Below, one piece after another: positions 19,135 to 28,623 of a stretch of 57,897 nucleotides of DNA. The notes below the pieces were generated by a model. It worked only from the letters and a program-made list of their open reading frames with translations, made no database searches and was not told the origin of the DNA. A program made the position numbers and the translations under genes. The stretch comes from Promethearchaeia archaeon (GTDB lineage: Archaea; Asgardarchaeota; Lokiarchaeia; Sigyniarchaeales; SOKP01), in the NCBI GenBank assembly GCA_029856085.1, contig JAHQWI010000034.1:1-57897 (forward strand), written 5' to 3'. Each line of letters begins with the position of its first letter. Position 1 is the stretch's first letter.

Positions 19135-20118
19135 TTATTCTGGTGCGGCACATGACGCCGGACCTTGTTTTAATCTTTTGCTAATAGCTTCAACTGGACA
19201 AATTTCAAGGCAATTTTGACATGATTTACAATGGAGTATATCAATACCCTTCATGTGCCATAATCCATCCTCTCCCTTTTCTCTAATTATAGAAAAGTCT
19301 GGGCAAATATACCAGCACTGAGCGCAGTCTGTACATTTTTCTTCATCCCAAATCATGTCCCATTCACCCCAAGAACCTGTGTTCACTTGATTGCTTCCTA
19401 TCTCTATAACTGTTTCATCGCAATACCAAACACCTGCTTTATCTAATTCTTTAAAGCCCGGTAACCCCGGAAATACTTGCTGCCATGGAATTTTTGTATC
19501 CATAGTAAGATCTGGATCAAGACCAATATCATAAACACATGTTTCTTCGATTGCTTGTTTAATCGCAGCTACATTTTTTCCAGCAATCTCTCCTTTAAAA
19601 CGGCTCAGAATCGCATCGTCTAAAGCTTCTACCGTAAATATTGGCCCAACCCTAAGAAGAGCGCCAAGTATAATAGTGTTTGTTATATTTCTGCCCAAAA
19701 CTTCTAAAGCGATTCTTGTAGCATCAATAGTGGCGACATTTATATCAGTTCTACCTACGATATTTTGAATATCTTCCTGATTTAATGTTGTATTAACGAT
19801 TAACCATCCTCCCTTAGCTAAACCAGCAGTTACGTTAATTTCACCTAGAAGAGAAGGATCTAATACACAAACAAAATGAGGTGAATATACTTGCTCATTG
19901 GACCTTACGAGATCATCATTTGCGCTAAGTCTCACATAACTTTCAGTAGGAGATCCCATTCTTTCTGCACCAAAAAGAGGTTGGCAAACACCATATCCAT
20001 AAAATGCTTCTACGCATAAGTTTGAAGCAGTCACACCTCCTTGTCCACCTCTAGCGTGAAATCGAAGATTTATAACATTATCCTTTAATAATTCTTTAAA
20101 TTGTTCTGGAGTCAACAT
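19135..20118 (-). CDS. 2-oxoacid:ferredoxin oxidoreductase gamma-delta fusion subunit
   Basis: The N-terminal gamma block is RFHARGGQGGVTASNL. The C-terminus has two ferredoxin-type clusters, CTDCAQCWYICP and CKSCQNCLEICP. Confidence 0.85.
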   Translation of the reverse strand: MLTPEQFKELLKDNVINLRFHARGGQGGVTASNLCVEAFYGYGVCQPLFGAERMGSPTESYVRLSANDDLVRSNEQVYSPHFVCVLDPSLLGEINVTAGLAKGGWLIVNTTLNQEDIQNIVGRTDINVATIDATRIALEVLGRNITNTIILGALLRVGPIFTVEALDDAILSRFKGEIAGKNVAAIKQAIEETCVYDIGLDPDLTMDTKIPWQQVFPGLPGFKELDKAGVWYCDETVIEIGSNQVNTGSWGEWDMIWDEEKCTDCAQCWYICPDFSIIREKGEDGLWHMKGIDILHCKSCQNCLEICPVEAISKRLKQGPASCAAPE

Positions 20119-20259
20119 TTTAGAAAACTTCTTTTTTATATTAAATTAAGATCTATAAATTAAATCTTGGAAAATAATTTAAGTTTTATACATTAATTAT
20201 TAAATTTTTACAAGATTTAGCTTTTTTATTATTAATTGAACAAAGGAAGAAATAGATAT

Positions 20260-21507
20260 TTAATTAAACTCATTATCTAATTTCTTAATTACATCAACAC
20301 ATAAAGTAAGAATATTGTTAATACCTTCTTTAGACACTAAGTTCATATTATCTCTCTCTGTATGGACAAATTTCAAACCAGGTTCAGAAGCAAGCCAGCA
20401 TGCTTCAAACCCTTCCTGTACAATGGGCATAAAATCAGACCACACACCAGTGGGAGAATATATATCTTTTATTTTAATATGTTTTTCTTTAGCACTTTCT
20501 AAAAATAGTGTATTCAATTTTTTAGAAGAAGTTTTCCGTGGAATCCCATAAGAACTTGTTAATCTAATTAGCTCTGCGCCTCCAATAAGATCTAGGTTTA
20601 TGAAAAACGTTGAGTTAGTGTTTAATTTGTTTTTAAATTGATGGATAAAATGAATTGCCCCTCCTAAATTTATCTCTTCTGAACCCGGACTTAAAAATGT
20701 TAAATCAATATTGTTAGTTGGATTTGTTTTATAGTATCTTGCGAGCTCTATTATTGATCCTACGGCGGCGGCATTATCGAATGCACCTGGAGAATTATTT
20801 CCTGTTTTGTTAAAATAATTAAGTGCTCCAATTAATGCAATAATTAGACTCACATCTAATAAAATATTGTTCAAAATTGGCAGTTCAAAATTAATTAAAA
20901 TTTTAAGAAGGCTCAAAATACAGTATAGCATATAAAGAATAAGAGAACTAAATATGAATATTAAAAATATCATAATGCGTGTTGATGTTGGAAATACTTG
21001 AGATTTAGAATCCCAATGTCCCATAAAAATTACTTTACATCTAGAATTCTTACTTTTTAAATCAACCCATATATTTTCAGTTTCATAATTATTTTTCATA
21101 TTTTTACATAATTTTATTTTAGTAGAAGTAGCAGTTTGAAGTGCTTTAAATGAAAGGAAGAGTGCTATAGCAATTAAACCTAAAGTTAATAAAGGATTTA
21201 TATAGAGTGAGAGGCTTAATAATATCAATCCCGTTCCTAGTATTAGAAAGATATATCTTGAGTAAATTAAATTATTAAAGGAAGTCATAAACTCATGTCG
21301 ATTTATTGACTCGTATCCTGCATTTTTAAATTCTTCTACTACAGTTTCAATTGCTTTCTTCTCTCCCTCAGAACCTATTAATCGAGGGAATGCCAGCCTT
21401 TCTGTTATTCTATATGCGTTGTCTACTTCAATCAACTTATTAGAACCTTTTTCATCAATAGAATTATGTTTTAATTGATTTTTTTTTGTTTTTGATTTAG
21501 GTATCAT
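20260..21507 (-). CDS. Membrane-embedded M28-family metallopeptidase (putative)
   Basis: GHWDS, FDNAAAVGSIIELARYY and GSEE are M28 zinc-site-like blocks. Several hydrophobic helices (about residues 80-230) interrupt the catalytic domain. Confidence 0.65.
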   Translation of the reverse strand: MIPKSKTKKNQLKHNSIDEKGSNKLIEVDNAYRITERLAFPRLIGSEGEKKAIETVVEEFKNAGYESINRHEFMTSFNNLIYSRYIFLILGTGLILLSLSLYINPLLTLGLIAIALFLSFKALQTATSTKIKLCKNMKNNYETENIWVDLKSKNSRCKVIFMGHWDSKSQVFPTSTRIMIFLIFIFSSLILYMLYCILSLLKILINFELPILNNILLDVSLIIALIGALNYFNKTGNNSPGAFDNAAAVGSIIELARYYKTNPTNNIDLTFLSPGSEEINLGGAIHFIHQFKNKLNTNSTFFINLDLIGGAELIRLTSSYGIPRKTSSKKLNTLFLESAKEKHIKIKDIYSPTGVWSDFMPIVQEGFEACWLASEPGLKFVHTERDNMNLVSKEGINNILTLCVDVIKKLDNEFN

Positions 21508-21823
21508 AAACCATTATAATCTAAAAAATATTTAAACCACTCGATTGGTATGGGCAACTTAAGGTTCAATTTATTTCGCTTTTTATTGCAACCTTTGAAT
21601 AATTGTCAAATATATCTGTTAATAATTTAGTATTATTTAAAAAATGATATTATTATCAAATATTTTTAAAAATTCAGCAAATTACTAGATTAATCCAATA
21701 AGGATTGTCCTTCTCTTTACTTCATGGTAATTTTAAATTTTCTACTGAAAGTAGAGTAGGTATTGGAACAAAATTTAAATTATGTTTCCAACTTTTCATA
21801 ACTCAATATGATAGAACTATCAA

Positions 21824-22324
21824 TTATTTAGATATTTCGTCGACCTTTTTAATATAATCTGGAACAAAATGAGTTTTTAACAGGTTAGAATTTCCAGTAG
21901 ATATCAAATTTCCTTCTAGATCATAAATTTCACCTATAACGTGAATAATATTTCTCCCTTCCCTCATTATTTTCCCAATGACTCTAACATTTTCCCCAAC
22001 TTTTACTTTACCTAAATAATCTACATGAAAATCTATACTAATTGGAAATCCTTCAAATCCTAAAGTAGCTGTAGTCATACCTATTGTATCATCCATCAAA
22101 GCACATTGCATACCCCCGTGTAAAAGCCCAGTTGGATTCGCCATTTCAGGTCTCACTTCGAATTCCAATTCAATTTTGCCATATTGTGCCTTAATTATCT
22201 TTCCATCTAGCCATTTTGAAAAAGGGGGTACTGGAAAATCTTTTAAATTTTTCCCTTTGAATGTGTTGAATAATTTAACCATTTGTTCCGATCTTTTCTT
22301 TATCTTATCTTTATCTTCCATCAT
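21824..22324 (-). CDS. PaaI-family hotdog-fold thioesterase
   Basis: NPTGLLHGGMQCALMDDTIGMT is the PaaI/4HBT-II catalytic block. Confidence 0.85.
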   Translation of the reverse strand: MMEDKDKIKKRSEQMVKLFNTFKGKNLKDFPVPPFSKWLDGKIIKAQYGKIELEFEVRPEMANPTGLLHGGMQCALMDDTIGMTTATLGFEGFPISIDFHVDYLGKVKVGENVRVIGKIMREGRNIIHVIGEIYDLEGNLISTGNSNLLKTHFVPDYIKKVDEISK

Positions 22325-22327
22325 TAC

Positions 22328-22415
22328 ATCCTATCCTGTTCTTAAAATTGTAACATAAGTTTCTTAAACATTAATTATCTTACCACCCTTAATAAAAGTA
22401 CTTAATATTAGAAAA
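22328..22415 (-). repeat. 88-bp duplicated promoter/leader segment, copy A (abuts the thioesterase start)
   Basis: 71/88 identical, ungapped, to 22617..22704. On the coding strand it ends in AGGATAGGAT shortly before the ATG. Confidence 0.75.
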
Positions 22416-22616
22416 CTAGGTCATAATCGAAGACTTAATCATTTTAAAGATAAGGATCATAGTGAACATAATGCTGAATTTTATTAAAAAAAAAAAGTTG
22501 ATAAAATAAATGAGAAATTCATTACAATAATAGTCTTCACTTTTTTAAATGTTGCTAGTATAGAACTGATATCACTTGCATCAATTTTTAGTATAGACAT
22601 TATCTTCAACAACAAG

Positions 22617-22704
22617 ATCCTATCCTATTCTTATAACTGTATAACAAGATTCTTAAGCATTAATTATAATACTACTCTTAATAAAAATACTTGATATCAA
22701 AAAG
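22617..22704 (-). repeat. 88-bp duplicated promoter/leader segment, copy B
   Basis: Same order and orientation as copy A, 289 bp away. It is followed on the minus strand by a 38-codon ORF (22600..22484) that ends in a T-run. Confidence 0.75.
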
Positions 22705-22755
22705 AAATAGAGCATAAGGAATTGTTTAATGTTTACAATTCTATTTTTTAAAGGT

Positions 22756-22769
22756 AAAAAAAAAAAAAA
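22756..22769 (-). terminator. T14 tract on the minus strand downstream of the metalloprotease gene
   Basis: A14 on the plus strand at 22756-22769, which is T14 on the transcribed strand about 40 nt after the stop at 22809. This is an oligo-T archaeal terminator signal. Confidence 0.5.
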
Positions 22770-22808
22770 TTTAGTTATATTTTTTTAGGAATAAATCGAA
22801 CAATATTA

Positions 22809-24947
22809 CTATTTCCAGCATCCTTTCCAGGTATGGTGTTCAACGCCAATTAAATAGTTACCAGTCAAGATATGATCAGCACGGTTACTGACAATAGCCA
22901 TATAGAAGTAATCGCCTTTAGATCTTGTAAGCCACATTCTACCAGTTTGAGTGCCATACCGAACCCACATGCGACGAGCCCACTTCATATCCATAGCTGG
23001 CCACTCGTCATATTGAACGTTTAATACTGTTACTTCCCAATCGTTATAGAGTATCCCATCGGTTACATACCATCCATCTGTTGCCCAACCATCTTCACCT
23101 GCTTCAACATCATCAGAGAATCCAATTTCGGGGATTGAAATATCATCAACATACATATTTTGTAAAGTAAATGCACCATCTTGCCACAAACGGAAGTGTA
23201 CCTCAACTTGATGACCTTTAAAAGCGCTTAAATCCATACTTATTGGTATCCATCCATCACTTGCTCCTGTAAATCCAAACCATGTACCAGCAGCTTCATA
23301 GTCTGTTGGTTCACGACCAGCAGGAGTATATGGATTATCTTGAGGTTGATCAACAAAAGTTCGCATAGGTAAATACTCATAATCACCAAGACTTATATTA
23401 TAAATCCACATTCGAGCATTAGGATCATTCAATGTAACCCATTCACCAGTTGTTAAATCATGGACTTCAACATAGCCATAATCCCAATCATCTTCGATTT
23501 CGAAATATGTCATAAAGTTTAATGTCGCACCGTCATCGGGGATAGTGAAGGTCTGAGAGAAGCTCCTCCATGCCCAAGCATTAGCATCTGAATACCATTC
23601 ATAAGTGCCACTAAATGCTGTAGTACCAGAAAATATATCTCCTTCCATGTACACTTTAGCAAATGTATCAGTTGTAAATCTATAGTAATGTGCGGTATAC
23701 GGTTGTGGAGATCCCCACCAACCAGAGAGCTCCCAATCTCCATAAAAGATTGGTTCTCCCCAGTAATAAGTTAAAGAATCATCCATTGTCCAACCCCAAG
23801 AATCTGGGCCAAGATCCAAGGATTCATAACCATATTTACCTCCCCATTTTTCAGTTTCATCAAGGTAATTCGCTATCGTCCAACGGTCAAACAAACTATC
23901 AAAGGAGATACAATATCCATGGGCATAAAGAGTATTTTGAACTCCCTCGATGCCATTTGCTTGTTCTTGGACTAAATCTTTGATAAAATCTATTCCACCA
24001 TAATGCTCAAAGAGGTAAAGAATGAAAAGATAACTTGCACCATAATCTTCTAATCCTCCGCCCCAGAATGTAAGAGACGTAAGCCAGTGAAAAACTACAT
24101 AGTACGCTAGATGACTAGCCCAATGACCATAACCACACAAATAGATTGCTAAATCAGCACAACCCTCATCCACCCAAGATGGTTCATCTGGATCTTGATC
24201 AAAATGAACAAGATGCTGAAATTCATGAGCAAAAGCGCCCTCCATTGTTCTATCTGAGCCCGGACCAACCCTGTTTTCCCAATCATATGTATCACAGTGA
24301 AAAATATTTTTGTTATATTCTGCGCTAGTACTTGCTGAAAAGTATCCTACAGCATAAGAGGTTTGTGAGTCATCATAATAAGATTCATCGCGAATGTTGA
24401 AAATTAAAACCCAAACTTTTTGTCCTTCATCACCCCGAGGAAGTGGTTCTCCAAAAACGCTAGTAACAGTTGGATAGATATTATCATCAAATTCCTCCAT
24501 CAATCCTTCGAGCTGAGGTATTGAGATTAAATCTCCATATCTGTCCCATGTTCCATAAGGATTAGAAAAATTATAATAAGTCCCATCAAAACTATCGTAT
24601 GCATCTTGTGTGATAAGAATAAGACAATGTAGTCCTTCTAATACAACGATAAAATCTTCATCATATCCTCCATAATAATCATCAGATAACTCAAATGTAA
24701 AAGGATCACCAAGTTCTGCTGGTTCTCCTATTGGTGAAGCTTGAGTCGCGCTTGCTGGTCCAAACTTTGCTGCTTCTTTTCTAATAGCTAATTCATCTTC
24801 ACCAAGCATATCAGGAGTAAAATCCATAGGAACTCGATCTTTTAATATTCTAGGTGTACCACTAGCACTTGTTAGAGGGATAAAAGCCATGAAAGAACCG
24901 CCAAGAAAGCTGAATATGACTAGCATTATTAATATTTTTTTTCTCAT
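22809..24947 (-). CDS. Secreted zinc metalloprotease (gluzincin; HExxH...E, M30/MA-clan-like)
   Basis: N-terminal signal-like segment MRKKILIMLVIFSFLGGSFMAFIPLTSASG. Active-site block FAHEFQHLVHFDQDPDEPSWVDEGCADLA. The large C-terminal region is rich in W, Y and D. Confidence 0.75.
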   Translation of the reverse strand: MRKKILIMLVIFSFLGGSFMAFIPLTSASGTPRILKDRVPMDFTPDMLGEDELAIRKEAAKFGPASATQASPIGEPAELGDPFTFELSDDYYGGYDEDFIVVLEGLHCLILITQDAYDSFDGTYYNFSNPYGTWDRYGDLISIPQLEGLMEEFDDNIYPTVTSVFGEPLPRGDEGQKVWVLIFNIRDESYYDDSQTSYAVGYFSASTSAEYNKNIFHCDTYDWENRVGPGSDRTMEGAFAHEFQHLVHFDQDPDEPSWVDEGCADLAIYLCGYGHWASHLAYYVVFHWLTSLTFWGGGLEDYGASYLFILYLFEHYGGIDFIKDLVQEQANGIEGVQNTLYAHGYCISFDSLFDRWTIANYLDETEKWGGKYGYESLDLGPDSWGWTMDDSLTYYWGEPIFYGDWELSGWWGSPQPYTAHYYRFTTDTFAKVYMEGDIFSGTTAFSGTYEWYSDANAWAWRSFSQTFTIPDDGATLNFMTYFEIEDDWDYGYVEVHDLTTGEWVTLNDPNARMWIYNISLGDYEYLPMRTFVDQPQDNPYTPAGREPTDYEAAGTWFGFTGASDGWIPISMDLSAFKGHQVEVHFRLWQDGAFTLQNMYVDDISIPEIGFSDDVEAGEDGWATDGWYVTDGILYNDWEVTVLNVQYDEWPAMDMKWARRMWVRYGTQTGRMWLTRSKGDYFYMAIVSNRADHILTGNYLIGVEHHTWKGCWK

Positions 24948-25000
24948 TTTTTTATCAACTCATTTTTTTTTAAATTTTTTTAATATTTGTTCTATAAAAT

Positions 25001-25027
25001 TCATTATTTTCCGCGCGGAAAGAATGA
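25001..25027. promoter_or_regulatory. Imperfect 27-bp palindrome with perfect GC-rich core TTCCGCGCGGAA, next to a TATA-like element upstream of the metalloprotease gene
   Basis: TCATTATTTTCCGC|GCGGAAAGAATGA, with the core at 25009-25020. A TTTATA element on the minus strand at about 24993-24998 lies roughly 46-50 nt upstream of the ATG at 24947. The GC core stands out in AT-rich spacer. Confidence 0.35.
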
Positions 25028-25376
25028 AATATTTTGAACATTTCTAAGAAGACTTGAAACTTAAAAATAATTTCAAGGCTTTCTGTGATTGAAATATTTG
25101 AAACCTTGTTATTTAAAATTTTCCCTTTTATCCTGTAAGAAAAGTGAAAAATAGTGGGTCTGTTATCCCATTATATATAAACTTTATTATGGCCTATTTC
25201 AAAGAGAATTAAATTACAGAAATGTAATAAACCGATAATTCCAATAATCTAACGTTTGAATTATCCAGAGAATAAAAAATGAGATTTTTACAAAAATGTA
25301 TTTTCTGATCTTCTTAAAGTGATCCCCGTTTTTTCTAAAATTTCAAATTATTTAATAAAAGGAAAGAAATAATTAT

Positions 25377-27743
25377 CTATTTTAAAGCTATTTTACTTAC
25401 TTGCGAGACTATGTCGGCAAACTTTTTACCTTCTGCTGCAGAGATCCATTCAATGACAAATCTCTCATCAGAAATCTTATTTTTCTTCATCCAGCTTCTA
25501 ATTCTTTTTTCTCGCTTTATGGCAAAATCATTTCCAGTAATATAATGACAATCTTGTGGATGGCATCCAGTCAACATAACAGCTCCTGCTCCACGGTTAA
25601 AACAGTGTTGAATAAAAGAAATATTTACTCGTCCAGAACACATAGTTCTAACAATTCTCGTGTTAGTTGGATATTGGATTCGACTTGTTCCAGCCAAATC
25701 CGCTCCTGCATATGAACACCAATTACAAGCAAAAATTAATACTTTTTTCTTAGCATTTTCACGAAGAGCTATATCAATTTGTCTAAGGATCATGACGTCT
25801 GTAAAATTTGTCATGGTAATAGCATTTGTAGGACAATCTGCGGCACAAGTTCCACAACCTTTACATAACACTGGAATAATTCGTGCAGGTGTTTTTTTTT
25901 CTTGATCAACACTAATAGCACCGTAAGGACAACGAGATACACAAATCCCACAACTAGTACACTTATCTGTATCCACAAATGCATATAAAGGTTCTACATG
26001 GAACTCTTCTTTTGAAAGCAAATTTCCACAGCGTCCTGCAGCAGCACTTGCTTGTGTAACAGTTTCTCTAATATCCTTTGGTGATTCTGCCCCTCCAGCT
26101 ATGAAAATACCATCAGTTGGGGTATCTACTGGTCGAAGTTTAGGATGTGCTTCAATGTAAAATCCATTTGAATCCTTAGCAATAGGAAAAGGAATAGATT
26201 CTGATGAACCTTCAACTCCTATAGAAAGGACTACTAAATCAAATTCTTCAGAAAGGATTGTTCCAGTACTTATATCTTCAACATTGACAATAAGATTATT
26301 AGTAATCGGATTTTCTTTAATTTGACCAGGACGCCCACGTATATATAAAACACCTTCTTCTCTTGATCGTGAATAAAGTTCTTCAAATCCTTTACCAAAA
26401 GCCCTAATATCAATAAAGAATATTGTGACCTCAACATCAGGCCAATGTTCTTTAATTAAAAGGCTATTCTTTATACTTTCCATACAACAGAAGTTAGAAC
26501 AGTATGGATTAAATCTCTTATCACGCGATCCTACACAATTAATAAAAGCAACTTTTTTTGGCTTCTTAAGATCACTGGGACGTACAAGTTCTCCATCTGT
26601 TGGTCCTGCTGCATTAATTAACCTTTCGAATTCAAAAGTTGTTATAACGTTAGAATAATTACCCCATCCATATTCAGGGAGTTTAGAGGCATCAAAAAGT
26701 TCAAAGCCTACTGCGATAATAATAGTTCCAACTTTATAATTAAAGGTTTTTTCGGAATCCTCATAATTTATGGCTTCTTTTTCACATTCAGGAACACACT
26801 TTCCACAGGCCAGAGGAGAGAGACCTAAACAGCTTTTTTCATCAATTATATAACTAGCTGGTACTGCTTGTGGATATGGGATATATATTGCTTTTCTCCA
26901 ACCTAAGTTGCCAGAATACTCATCAACAACGTTTTCAGGGCAGATTGAGACGCAATCCCCGCATGCAGTACAGAGGTTTTCATCTACATAGCGTGGGTAT
27001 TTTTTAATTGTAACTTCAAAATTACCAACATATCCAGATATATCTGTAACTTCAGCACATGAAATTAAATTAATATTTTCATGATTACCTACATCAGCCA
27101 TTTTGGGACCTAAAATACAGATTGAACAATCCATTGTTGGAAAAGTTTTATCGATGAGAGCCATCTTTCCTCCAATAGTAGGTGCTTTTTCAACAAGAAT
27201 AACTTCATTATCATCAGCTAAATCTAATGCAGCTTGAATTCCTGCTACTCCTCCTCCAATGATTAAGGCTCTTCGTGTAATGGGAACAATGATGTCATCA
27301 ATTGCTTCCAATAACTCAGCTTTAGCAATTGCCATTTCAAGGATTTCTTTAGCTTTTTTGGTTGCTTCTTCTTTCTCTGAAAGATGTACCCAACTACATT
27401 GTTCTCGGATATTAGCTACTTCTACTAGCGAAGGATTTATTCCAACTCGTCTTAAAAGCTTTTTCCATGTTGGACCATGCAATCTCGGGGAGCATGCAGC
27501 TATAACTATCTTCTCTATACCTTGCTCTTTAATTGCTGTTTCGATTTCTACTTGCCCGGGATCAGAACAAGTGTAAGAATTAACTTGAACTAGTTTGACT
27601 CTTGTATCTCCTTCTTCAATATCTTTAGCTAATTGATCAATATCAACAGTTCCACCAATATTTTTTCCGCATTTACATAGGAAAACCCCAATTTTAGGTT
27701 CGATTCCAGGTTTATCAGCACTTTCAGTCATATTTTCACTCAC
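25377..27743 (-). CDS. hdrA: Heterodisulfide reductase subunit A fused to an MvhD-like domain
   Basis: N-terminal Cys block GVFLCKCGKNIGG and FAD fold LIIGGGVAGIQAALDLA. Four ferredoxin-type CxxCxxCxxxCP motifs. C-terminal MvhD block IFACNWCSYAGADLAG...RTMCSGRV...GC....CHY. Confidence 0.85.
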   Translation of the reverse strand: MSENMTESADKPGIEPKIGVFLCKCGKNIGGTVDIDQLAKDIEEGDTRVKLVQVNSYTCSDPGQVEIETAIKEQGIEKIVIAACSPRLHGPTWKKLLRRVGINPSLVEVANIREQCSWVHLSEKEEATKKAKEILEMAIAKAELLEAIDDIIVPITRRALIIGGGVAGIQAALDLADDNEVILVEKAPTIGGKMALIDKTFPTMDCSICILGPKMADVGNHENINLISCAEVTDISGYVGNFEVTIKKYPRYVDENLCTACGDCVSICPENVVDEYSGNLGWRKAIYIPYPQAVPASYIIDEKSCLGLSPLACGKCVPECEKEAINYEDSEKTFNYKVGTIIIAVGFELFDASKLPEYGWGNYSNVITTFEFERLINAAGPTDGELVRPSDLKKPKKVAFINCVGSRDKRFNPYCSNFCCMESIKNSLLIKEHWPDVEVTIFFIDIRAFGKGFEELYSRSREEGVLYIRGRPGQIKENPITNNLIVNVEDISTGTILSEEFDLVVLSIGVEGSSESIPFPIAKDSNGFYIEAHPKLRPVDTPTDGIFIAGGAESPKDIRETVTQASAAAGRCGNLLSKEEFHVEPLYAFVDTDKCTSCGICVSRCPYGAISVDQEKKTPARIIPVLCKGCGTCAADCPTNAITMTNFTDVMILRQIDIALRENAKKKVLIFACNWCSYAGADLAGTSRIQYPTNTRIVRTMCSGRVNISFIQHCFNRGAGAVMLTGCHPQDCHYITGNDFAIKREKRIRSWMKKNKISDERFVIEWISAAEGKKFADIVSQVSKIALK

Positions 27744-27753
27744 TATCTTTAAT

Positions 27754-28620
27754 TTATTTTATAATTTTCTTATTTTGTGCTTTAATTCGAACTTGCTCTA
27801 TTTTTTTACTAAATCCTTCCCGCTCCTCTTCAACAAATTCCCCGCATATAACAATCCCTTTCTTGAAATCAAAAGTTGCTTGATGAGGGGGCCAATCAAC
27901 CTTAATCCTAATTTGCTTTTTTAACCATTCTATCATCTCTACAGCATCACCTAATTTATTTTTAGAACCATATTGGACAAAACAAGGAACAAGCACTTCT
28001 ATAAAACTGAATCCTTGATTGTCTATGCATTTAAAAATACTTTTTTGTAATCTAAGTGTGTCATATCCAGGCCATCTAGCGACATATGTCGCTCCTGCCG
28101 CAGCTGCTAGACTTACTAAATTGAAGGGAGGTTCCACATTTCCATATGGTGTTGTTTGAGTAATGTCGCCAACCTGACTTGTAGGGGCTACTTGTCCTCC
28201 AGTCATGCCATATATATTGTTATTAACACAGAGAACAGTTATCTCTACATTCCTTCTAGCAGCATGGATAAAATGATTCCCACCTATAGCAAAAAGATCT
28301 CCATCTCCCGATAAAACTATAACCTTTAATTTAGGATTTGCTAATTTTATACCCGTCGCAAAAGGTATAGCTCTCCCATGTGTAGTATGGAAGGCAGGTG
28401 CTTTAAAACAGCCACTAGATCGACCAGTACATCCTATGCCAGACACAATGGCATAATCCTTAGATGTGAGTCCTCTTTCTTTTAGACAGCTTGTAATTGA
28501 TGTAATTACTGTTCCAATTAAACAACCCGGACAAAAAATGAATCGGTTTAAATTTAACATATCACTTAAGGGATGACCAAGTGCTTCCGGGGGGATTGAT
28601 ATTTGATCTGATGGACTCAT
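27754..28620 (-). CDS. 2-oxoacid:ferredoxin oxidoreductase beta subunit (canonical domain order)
   Basis: CPGC...GIGCTGRS...SGDGDLFAIGGNHFIHAARRNVEITVLCVNNNIYGMTGGQ, with the TPP motif in the normal N-to-C order. Confidence 0.9.
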   Translation of the reverse strand: MSPSDQISIPPEALGHPLSDMLNLNRFIFCPGCLIGTVITSITSCLKERGLTSKDYAIVSGIGCTGRSSGCFKAPAFHTTHGRAIPFATGIKLANPKLKVIVLSGDGDLFAIGGNHFIHAARRNVEITVLCVNNNIYGMTGGQVAPTSQVGDITQTTPYGNVEPPFNLVSLAAAAGATYVARWPGYDTLRLQKSIFKCIDNQGFSFIEVLVPCFVQYGSKNKLGDAVEMIEWLKKQIRIKVDWPPHQATFDFKKGIVICGEFVEEEREGFSKKIEQVRIKAQNKKIIK

Positions 28621-28623
28621 ATT

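Noticed and set aside
22328-22704. Checked whether the repeated 88-mers could be a CRISPR array
   Set aside because: There are only two copies, 81% identical rather than near-perfect, they are too long, and the spacing is 289 bp. No cas genes are in the window. This is a local duplication instead.
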